A stretch of 64,000 bases of DNA, taken from positions 472-64,471 of the forward strand of contig JAAYDB010000003.1 in NCBI GenBank assembly GCA_012729475.1, in the 5' to 3' direction. The position numbers and the translations under genes are program-made. The notes under the pieces are model-generated. The model was not told the origin of the DNA. It saw nothing but the letters and a program-made list of their open reading frames with translations, and searched no databases. Source of the DNA: Bacteroidota bacterium. Lineage in GTDB: Bacteria > Bacteroidota > Bacteroidia > Bacteroidales > VadinHA17. This document shows positions 54,219-62,193 of the stretch, in pieces; the first letter of the stretch is position 1; every line of letters starts with the position of its first letter.

Positions 54219-54467
54219 AATTTTGGGTTTAATTATTGTTACTAATTCAGGGAAATTTCTTTTAGTTACAATACTACATGTCGTATACCCTTAATTTGTG
54301 ACACAAAAAAAGTTAAAAAAATTTAAAATCAAAAAAAATATTCAGAAAATCAGTTACTTATATATAAAATAAAGTATTAAAAGGAAGAAAATTTGATTTT
54401 AATGTTAAATTTTGAGAAATTTCGATTGTAAAAACGTATACAGTCATTGTACATACTCTGCAATATT

Positions 54468-57400
54468 ATGCAATTCCGAACACTCTTCTGCTTTTTTCAG
54501 GTTTTTATGTGTTTAATGACGTTTTCTGTTTTTCAGGCTGATGCTTCTGTTTCTTCAAAACAACATTTCAGATTATTACCTGATGAAGAGAACACAGAAA
54601 ATTATCATACAGAAGCTATCGGGAAAATAAATAAACGGATAATTAGTCTTGTTTCGCTTAATGACAGAGATGGGTTGCTTAATCTTGCCGATTCATTACG
54701 TATGGCGATTGACAATGAGGTTACTGACAGTGCGACAACAGCAGAGTACTACTATTATATTGGGGTCTGTTATTTATTAACAGGCAGGTATGCTAAGGCA
54801 ATATCAGGTCTGAAACAATCTTTAACCCTGAAGAAGGCTCTTGACATAGTTGATGATAATTATCTTAAAGCCATATACAATATTGGTGTTTCCTATAATT
54901 TTCTGGGTGATTATATTCAGGTGGGTAATTACATGCTTGATTATATCAATCTGGCAACTGATTATAGCAGTTCTGCTGAAAGGGAAATTGCCGAAGCGTA
55001 TTCAGCACTTATAGGCACAGCAGTGGAATGTAAAGACTTTGAGAATTTCACTGACTATACAAATAGGATACAGAGTATTCTGAGCAACAACCGGAATACC
55101 ATAACAGGAGATGATCTGATACGTCTTTATATCAATATAGGTGTTGGTTTTATAAGAATGGGTGATTATTCAAAGAGCAGGGTTTATCTTGAACAGGCAG
55201 AATCGTTATTCCGGAATAGCAGAAAGGAAGCAGATGCAGATTATATCAACCTTATCAATAGTCTTGCAGTTACTTACAGTTATCTTGGTTTGCCGGAAAA
55301 AGAAGAAGAATACTATAGAAAAGGCATAGAGTTTGCTCTAAAGGAAAATTCTTTCCTTGGTTTCAATATGGTCAACAGTTATGCTATTAAGCTAGGTAAC
55401 TCAGGCAATGCAGACAGAGGAGAAAAATTGTTGGCTCAAATGGTTGAAAGAGCAGGTCACTGGTATGGTACAGACTCCCGGTACTATATTGAAGTACTTA
55501 ATAATTACGCAATTTATCTTCTTTCTTATAAAAAAGACATTGAAAATGCTATTAGATTTTTCCGTATCTGTAGCGCTTATCTGGATAAAAACAAAGAAGA
55601 TAGCGGTTTGCGCTTTCCGGTAATGAATGGTTATGCCAAGGCTTTATACAATGGGGGGCAGCCTGAAAAAGCCCTGGAAAAGATTCAGGAGTTGCTTTTC
55701 CAGGGCTCTGATACCCGTGAAGATGAAGGCTTATGGATCAACCCTTCTCCTGAATCATTGAATGCAGACAGGTCAGTGTTGACAACCCTTATGCTGAAAT
55801 ATGAGATATTACGCAATATGTATTCTTCGTCAGAGGATACAGACATTCTCATAGCAGCAGCCAACACATCTGAACTTATTGTCTTTGTAGTGGATAATAT
55901 AAGAATAAATATAAGTGAAGAAGAGAGCAGGTTAATACTCGGTGACCGTTACAGAGATGCATATCTGAGAGCTATACAGGATTTTGAATTATGTTATAGA
56001 ACAACGGGAGAACAGGAATATCTTGAGAAGGCTTTCACCTACAGCGAAAAGAGTAAGGTTGCAGGCTTGCTGGCAGCTACAAGAGAGTTAAATGCCATAC
56101 AGCTCAATATTCCGGAAACAACAGCACAGTTTGAAAAACAACTACAGAGAGAAATAGGCTTTTATAATGCCAGGATCGCTGCAGAAAATGAAAAAAGTAA
56201 TCCGGACATGGCAGCTGTCAATCTGTGGAAAGAAAAACTTCTGCAGACAATCAGTGTTCGTGATTCACTTGTCTTAACATTCAGAAGAGATTATCCGGGT
56301 TATTTCACTATGAAATACCATATCCATACCCCGGATATGAATGATATACCTTCGGTTATTGGTCGAAATTACAATTATCTGAGTTATGTTATTTCAGATA
56401 AAATGTTATATATATTTGTTGTGAACCGCAGACATAAAGAACTATTATCTTTTCATACTGATTCTCTTTTTGCGGAAAAAATTGCAGAGTTTCAGAATCT
56501 GTTGTCTTCTGCAGAGCTTCATACGGATGCAAGACTGAAATTTGAAAACTACAATCTACTGGGCCATCATCTTTATAAGACGCTGATAGAACCAGTGGAG
56601 AAGTATCTGATTTCAGATAATCTGCTTATTTCGCCTGACAATTTCCTTTCTTACCTTCCTTTTGAAACTCTTCTTACTTCCGTTTACACCGGTAATGAAA
56701 TACTGTACAGGAAACTGAAATATCTCATGAATAATTATAATATATCTTATTCATATTCAGCAACATTTCTCCAGGAAGTTTTAACCAGGCAGTATAGGAA
56801 CAGCCATAGTCTTGTGGCATTTGCCCCTGTTTACAAAAAAGCTCTTCATCTTGATTCCATTATGTCGCTGCGACATAGCACCAGCAGAGTGTTCTATGAT
56901 CTGCCTTATGCCAGGCAGGAAGCCCAATATATATCCGGTCTTTCAGGAGGCAGTGTATATCTTAACGATGAGGCCATGGAGTCTGTATTTAAAGAGAAAG
57001 CAGGAGAATATGATATCATTCACCTGGCAATGCACACTTATTTGAATGATGTCAATCCTATGAATTCAGCAATGATTTTCATGCAGGATGCTGATCCGTC
57101 AGAAGACGGCTTGCTTCATACTTATGAGGTTTATGGCATTCAGCTAAAAGCACGGATGGTAGTCTTAAGTTCCTGCAATACCGGAACTGGAAAACTGTCG
57201 AAAGGAGAGGGGATTTTAAGTCTGGCAAGAGGCTTTCTGTATTCCGGAAGTCAATCAGTGGTAATGTCAATGTGGGATATTGATGATAAATCCGGTACTG
57301 ACATAATGAAATCTTTTTATGACAATCTGAGTAAGGGTATGTCAAAAAGCGCAGCATTAAGGAAAGCAAGGTCACAATATCTGAAAAATGCCAGCCAGCT

Positions 57401-57548
57401 GAAATCACATCCCTACTTCTGGTCAAGTCTTGTTGTGTATGGGGCTAATGATTCTGTTTTTACATCAAAAAGAAATATCCTGGTATCGATCCCGTTACTA
57501 CTTATCATATCATTAACAGTTTATTTTTTGTATCGGAGATACTCCTGA
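54468..57548 (+). CDS. TPR-CHAT (caspase/HetF-like) protease with signal peptide and C-terminal TM anchor
   Basis: TPR array; 'AFTYSEKSK'; 'SPDNFLSYLPFETL'; catalytic His in 'HLAMH' and Cys in 'VLSSCNTG'; 'SMWDIDD'; 'HPYFWS'; C-terminal hydrophobic helix followed by RR. Confidence 0.9.
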   Translation: MQFRTLFCFFQVFMCLMTFSVFQADASVSSKQHFRLLPDEENTENYHTEAIGKINKRIISLVSLNDRDGLLNLADSLRMAIDNEVTDSATTAEYYYYIGVCYLLTGRYAKAISGLKQSLTLKKALDIVDDNYLKAIYNIGVSYNFLGDYIQVGNYMLDYINLATDYSSSAEREIAEAYSALIGTAVECKDFENFTDYTNRIQSILSNNRNTITGDDLIRLYINIGVGFIRMGDYSKSRVYLEQAESLFRNSRKEADADYINLINSLAVTYSYLGLPEKEEEYYRKGIEFALKENSFLGFNMVNSYAIKLGNSGNADRGEKLLAQMVERAGHWYGTDSRYYIEVLNNYAIYLLSYKKDIENAIRFFRICSAYLDKNKEDSGLRFPVMNGYAKALYNGGQPEKALEKIQELLFQGSDTREDEGLWINPSPESLNADRSVLTTLMLKYEILRNMYSSSEDTDILIAAANTSELIVFVVDNIRINISEEESRLILGDRYRDAYLRAIQDFELCYRTTGEQEYLEKAFTYSEKSKVAGLLAATRELNAIQLNIPETTAQFEKQLQREIGFYNARIAAENEKSNPDMAAVNLWKEKLLQTISVRDSLVLTFRRDYPGYFTMKYHIHTPDMNDIPSVIGRNYNYLSYVISDKMLYIFVVNRRHKELLSFHTDSLFAEKIAEFQNLLSSAELHTDARLKFENYNLLGHHLYKTLIEPVEKYLISDNLLISPDNFLSYLPFETLLTSVYTGNEILYRKLKYLMNNYNISYSYSATFLQEVLTRQYRNSHSLVAFAPVYKKALHLDSIMSLRHSTSRVFYDLPYARQEAQYISGLSGGSVYLNDEAMESVFKEKAGEYDIIHLAMHTYLNDVNPMNSAMIFMQDADPSEDGLLHTYEVYGIQLKARMVVLSSCNTGTGKLSKGEGILSLARGFLYSGSQSVVMSMWDIDDKSGTDIMKSFYDNLSKGMSKSAALRKARSQYLKNASQLKSHPYFWSSLVVYGANDSVFTSKRNILVSIPLLLIISLTVYFLYRRYS

Positions 57549-58090
57549 TATTCAGGGTCTTTTGCTACTATTTTCATGAGAGCTTCTTTTGAAAGGTATT
57601 TCTTTCTCCTGGCATAAGTTTCATTCTTCAGATTCATCCTTTGTGCTATTTCCTCATAAGTGAATCCTTCATAAAAAAGATTTAATACGGTTTGTAAATC
57701 GGGTTTAAGCTGTTTAAATGCCCTGCTTATTATTCTTTCAAACATCCTTTCATTATCTTCATCAGGATTGTTATTCTCATCCATGAGGTCAGGTTCCAGC
57801 TCTATAGTCTTCCTTTTTTTCCTAAGCTGTGAATTCCATATATTTCTGACTATTCCAAAAAAGTAACCTTTCAGATCAGTGGTAAGATTCAGGGTATCAC
57901 CCGTGATCTGATTATATAAAACAATCACAGAGTCCTGGAATACGTCTGAAACATCATCAGGAGAACCGTTGTTTTTAAGGATGTGCTTACTAACCATTTG
58001 ATAATAATTATCATAAAGCCAGTTCAGCGTTTTGTCATCCTGGTTTCGTATTCCTTCTATTATCTTGCTATCTGAAACTCTCTTAAACAA
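57521..58090 (-). CDS. ECF-type RNA polymerase sigma factor
   Basis: TTG start; region 2 'DDVSDVFQDSVIVLY...LKGYFFGIVRNIW'; region 4 'LNLFYEGFTYEEIAQRM'. Confidence 0.88.
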   Translation of the reverse strand: MFKRVSDSKIIEGIRNQDDKTLNWLYDNYYQMVSKHILKNNGSPDDVSDVFQDSVIVLYNQITGDTLNLTTDLKGYFFGIVRNIWNSQLRKKRKTIELEPDLMDENNNPDEDNERMFERIISRAFKQLKPDLQTVLNLFYEGFTYEEIAQRMNLKNETYARRKKYLSKEALMKIVAKDPEYQEYLRYKK

Positions 58091-58116
58091 TCCTGTACGG
58101 ATATTAAATCAATTAC

Positions 58117-58124
58117 CAAAGATA
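58117..58124 (-). promoter_or_regulatory. Bacteroidota primary-sigma -7 element (TATCTTTG) for the ECF sigma gene
   Basis: Matches TAnnTTTG; 26 nt upstream of the start codon. Confidence 0.55.
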
Positions 58125-58247
58125 GTATTTCCCTGAATGAAAAATATTTGATCCGATCTTTGACTGCTATTTTAAAGAAAATTGTTCTATTTTCTAAAAA
58201 AAATATAAATATCTTTACTGTGAATAAATTATATTTCCGGATATTTT

Positions 58248-60434
58248 ATGTCATTCCCTTTTGTAAAACAACCTGATGCTATGGATTGCGGGCCTGCATG
58301 CCTCAAAATGATAGCCGGGTTCTATAAGAAATCTTTTTCCTTCGAAACAATCCGGAAAAAATGTTATATAACAAGAGAAGGAGTCTCTTTTCTGGGACTA
58401 TCAGAAGCAGCTGATAATCTGGGCTTTCGTACTCTCGGTGTAAAGATAACTTTTGAAATGCTGGCAGAGAAAATTCCTTTGCCCTGTATTATCCATTGGC
58501 GTCAAAAGCATTTTGTTGTGGTCTATAAAATAAAAAATGACAAAATCTGGGTTGCCGATCCTGCCTTTGGTCTGATCAAATATAATAAGGAAGAATTTGT
58601 AAAAAACTGGACATCAACTTTGTCTGATGGACAACCAGTAGGTTTAGTTCTTATTGTGGAACCAACTCCTGCTTTGTTCGAAAAAGAAAATGAAGAGGAG
58701 AGAACAGATGGATTCAGGTTTTTATTTAAATATTTCCGTCTTTATAAAAAATACTTTTTTCAACTGATACTTGGTTTATTAATAGGGAGTGTAATACAAT
58801 TACTGATACCTTTTCTTACTCAGTCGATTATTGATATAGGGCTGAATAACAGCGATCTCAATTTTATTTATCTTATCCTTTTTGCTCAATTAGCCCTGGT
58901 TATAGGAAGGATGTCTGTTGAATTTATAAGAGGGTGGTTGCTTCTCCACATCGGTACGCGTGTAAATGTGTCTGTTATTTCAGGCTTCCTTCATAAACTT
59001 ATGTCGCTGCCTGTTGCATTTTTTGATACAAAGCTGACAGGAGATATCCTTCAAAGAATAGAAGATAATAAACGTATTGAGGAATTTCTTACATCAGCTT
59101 CTCTGAGCATACTGTTCTCATTTTTTAACCTCTTCATTTTTGGAATAGTCCTTGCAATCTACAATATTAAAATACTGATAATTTTTATAACCGGTTCGCT
59201 TTTGTATATTACATGGGTGTCTTTATTTATGAAGTCACGGGCGAGGATTGATCATCAGCGATTTAAGCAGATGTCGGAAGCCAATAGCAAACTGATTACC
59301 ATTATTAACGGAATGCAGGAGATCAAGCTGACACAGAGTGAAACCAGTAAACGCTGGGATTGGGAAAATCTCCAGGCATCTCTATTCAGTGTGAAAACGA
59401 AGGGGTTGGGAATAGTACAGTATCAGACTGCCGGAGCTACTTTTATTAATGAAGTTACTAATATACTAATCACTATTGTTGCTGCTACCGCTGTTTTAAA
59501 AGGCAATATGACTCTCGGTATGATGCTTGCCGTGCAATTCATTATCGGTCAGCTGAACGTGCCTGTCAGTCAGATCATAGGGTTCTTCAGATTATCACAG
59601 GATGCTAAGATGAGTCTTGACAGACTCTCAGAGATCCACTATATGGACGAAGAAGAGATAAATACGGAAATGAAAGTCAGAAAACTGCCTGAAAAAAAGG
59701 ATATTTTCATAAACAATGTATCATATCAGTACGAAGGTCCTCATTCTCCTTTTGCTCTTAAAGATGTAGACCTATATATTGAAGACAGAAAAAATACGGC
59801 TATTGTTGGTGTCAGTGGAAGCGGAAAAACAACACTCCTGAAATTGCTGCTTGGCTTTTATCAACCCATAAATGGTGAAATTCTTGTTGGGGATACGAAA
59901 CTTTCAGGGCTGAGTTTAAAAATATGGAGAGAAAAAACAGGAGCAGTAATGCAGGATGGCTTTCTTTTTCCGGAATCTATTGCACGTAACATAGCTCCGG
60001 GAACAGAAGATATCGATCAGGAAAAACTGACAAAAGCTGTGGAAGTTGCCAACATAAAGAGCTTTATCGAATCATTGCCTTTGGGATATAATACCAAAAT
60101 AGGTATTAACGGACATGGATTGAGCGAAGGCCAGAAACAAAGACTTCTCATTGCCAGAATCATATATAAAGATCCGGATATTATTATTTTTGATGAAGCG
60201 ACAAATTCACTTGATGCAAATAATGAAAAGGTAATAGTGGAAAATCTTTCTTCCTGTTTCGAAGGTAAAACAGTGATTATCGTTGCTCACCGATTGAGTA
60301 CTGTTAAGAACGCCGACAAAATTGTAGTTCTCGATGGCGGGCGTGTAATTGAAACAGGTAATCACAATTCTCTGATAGAAATGAGAGGCGCCTACTATAA
60401 TCTTGTAAAAAATCAACTGGAGCTTGGTAATTAA
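58248..60434 (+). CDS. Peptidase-containing ABC transporter (C39 PCAT, SunT/LagD-like)
   Basis: C39 'QPDAMDCGPACL', 'HFVV' and 'ADP'; TM domain; Walker A 'GVSGSGKT'; 'LSEGQKQR'; 'FDEAT'; 'AHRL'. Confidence 0.95.
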   Translation: MSFPFVKQPDAMDCGPACLKMIAGFYKKSFSFETIRKKCYITREGVSFLGLSEAADNLGFRTLGVKITFEMLAEKIPLPCIIHWRQKHFVVVYKIKNDKIWVADPAFGLIKYNKEEFVKNWTSTLSDGQPVGLVLIVEPTPALFEKENEEERTDGFRFLFKYFRLYKKYFFQLILGLLIGSVIQLLIPFLTQSIIDIGLNNSDLNFIYLILFAQLALVIGRMSVEFIRGWLLLHIGTRVNVSVISGFLHKLMSLPVAFFDTKLTGDILQRIEDNKRIEEFLTSASLSILFSFFNLFIFGIVLAIYNIKILIIFITGSLLYITWVSLFMKSRARIDHQRFKQMSEANSKLITIINGMQEIKLTQSETSKRWDWENLQASLFSVKTKGLGIVQYQTAGATFINEVTNILITIVAATAVLKGNMTLGMMLAVQFIIGQLNVPVSQIIGFFRLSQDAKMSLDRLSEIHYMDEEEINTEMKVRKLPEKKDIFINNVSYQYEGPHSPFALKDVDLYIEDRKNTAIVGVSGSGKTTLLKLLLGFYQPINGEILVGDTKLSGLSLKIWREKTGAVMQDGFLFPESIARNIAPGTEDIDQEKLTKAVEVANIKSFIESLPLGYNTKIGINGHGLSEGQKQRLLIARIIYKDPDIIIFDEATNSLDANNEKVIVENLSSCFEGKTVIIVAHRLSTVKNADKIVVLDGGRVIETGNHNSLIEMRGAYYNLVKNQLELGN

Positions 60435-60442
60435 AAGCAGCA

Positions 60443-61732
60443 ATGAAAAACAGGGTAAATGAAATAATATATTCCGAACCTGTTCAGGAAATAATATCAA
60501 ATCCTCCTGCAAAAATAATCAGATGGGGAACTGCCCTTATTGCATTTGTTTTTATTCTTCTTATAACTCTTTCCTGGATAATAAAATATCCCGATGTTGT
60601 TCCTGCACCTGTCGAGATCACCACAGTTAACCCTCCGGTTACTCTTGCAACCAAAATAACAGGACGAATTAATAAGCTTATGGTTGAAGATGGTGAAAAA
60701 GTAATGCCCGGACAGTTGCTTGCAGTTATGGAAACAGCTGCTTCATTGTCTGATATAGAGACTCTTAAGTCTATAGTTGATACAATTTCCAAACCTTCTA
60801 TTCTTTTTCCGGAATCCATCCCTCTGTTTTCACAACTGGGAGAGATACAGAGTTTTTATTCATCTTTTATGAAAGCTCTTGCAGATTATAATTCTTACGT
60901 TAATAACGATTATTATGGCAGTAAAATAGTCTCAATAACAGAAGAAATAACAGCTCTTCAGGAGTATATAGAAAGAATGAAGGCCAAAGAACGAATTATC
61001 ACAGATAATCTTAAACTGGAATATAATAAATATATTAGAGATTCAGGTCTTTATGTTAACAAAGTGTTTTCTGAGAGTGAATTTGAACTATCAAAAAAGT
61101 CATATAACAACAGTAAGCTGGAACTCCAACAGGTTCGACTCGAGCAATCTCAAAATATTATTTCTCTGGCTGAGAAAAACCAGTTGCTTCAGGATTACCG
61201 GATAAAGAGGGAAGAGGAAAGGCAAAATCTGGCTTCACTCCTGGATGAGACATACCTTAATCTGAAAGCTCAGATTAATATCTGGAGAAATAATTATTTG
61301 CTTATAACACCTGTTGAGGGGACAGTTTCCTTTACAAAGTTCTGGAGTGAAAATCAGTCTGTGGTTAAAGATGAACCTGTAATCAGTATAGTACCTCTCG
61401 AGCCAGGTGATTTCGTAGGAAGAATTAATCTCAGAATGCAGCGTTCCGGAAAAGTTACACCAGGTCAGACAGTCAATATTAAACTTAGTGGCTATCCTTA
61501 TCTGGAATATGGTATGGTAAGAGGTGTTGTGAAATCCAAATCGCTGGTCCCGGCCAGTGATGCCTATATAATTGAAATAGACTTCCCTTCCGGTCTTACA
61601 ACTCTTTACGGGAAAAAGCTTGATTTTACCCAGAATATGCAGGGAACAGCCGAGATCCTCACAGATAACCTCAGACTACTGCAAAAAGTTATAAATCCTT
61701 TTAGATATCTGGTGACTAAAAACAGGACCTGA
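60443..61732 (+). CDS. HlyD family membrane fusion protein
   Basis: 'SEPVQEII..PP..IIRWG'; TM; coiled coil; 'YPYLEYG'; 8 nt after the PCAT. Confidence 0.92.
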   Translation: MKNRVNEIIYSEPVQEIISNPPAKIIRWGTALIAFVFILLITLSWIIKYPDVVPAPVEITTVNPPVTLATKITGRINKLMVEDGEKVMPGQLLAVMETAASLSDIETLKSIVDTISKPSILFPESIPLFSQLGEIQSFYSSFMKALADYNSYVNNDYYGSKIVSITEEITALQEYIERMKAKERIITDNLKLEYNKYIRDSGLYVNKVFSESEFELSKKSYNNSKLELQQVRLEQSQNIISLAEKNQLLQDYRIKREEERQNLASLLDETYLNLKAQINIWRNNYLLITPVEGTVSFTKFWSENQSVVKDEPVISIVPLEPGDFVGRINLRMQRSGKVTPGQTVNIKLSGYPYLEYGMVRGVVKSKSLVPASDAYIIEIDFPSGLTTLYGKKLDFTQNMQGTAEILTDNLRLLQKVINPFRYLVTKNRT

Positions 61733-61736
61733 TAGT

Positions 61737-61916
61737 TTATTTACCTGAATAAGGTTCATAGTTATCGTCGCTGCTATCTGACTTGAATAACGATGATGAC
61801 TGATCGTGCTTATCACTATCAATTTCCGAATGTTTCTTTTTTGAATACTTTTTGTATAATGATAATCCCGATATAATAAAAAGCGTAATTATCAGTATTA
61901 ATTCAGAGGTGCTCAT
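61737..61916 (-). CDS. Small single-TM protein, 59 aa: MSTSELILIITLFIISGLSLYKKYSKKKHSEIDSDKHDQSSSLFKSDSSDDNYEPYSGK
   Basis: Translated by hand; below the track cutoff; hydrophobic N-terminus, Lys cluster, acidic tail. Confidence 0.6.
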   Translation of the reverse strand: MSTSELILIITLFIISGLSLYKKYSKKKHSEIDSDKHDQSSSLFKSDSSDDNYEPYSGK

Positions 61917-62193
61917 GTTAATATTTTTTAATCCTGATCAGTATTTTGTGCAGAAATCAAAGATATTATTAATATTTCAATTTCTGAAAATACGAAACTC
62001 AAATTGATACGACATCATCTCAGTGCCATTTACAGCTTCTTTTTGAATACCTTCCGGGGATGTCTTCAGGGCATTTATTTAAAGAAAACTTTGACCATAA
62101 TTAAATATTCAATATTTTCGTAGCTTGAAAAATTCAAAGTGTGATTAATGATGTATTATATCATACTAGAGCTGAAATTAGAAAGGATTGATT

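Noticed and set aside
54064-54294. 76-aa plus-strand ORF in the track
   Set aside because: TTG start, no motifs, and antisense to the GG-leader peptide ORF, which has much better support.
54468-58090. CRISPR type III-E (Craspase) interpretation of the CHAT plus sigma pair
   Set aside because: No cas genes or repeat-spacer array in the window, and the CHAT protein appears to be exported.
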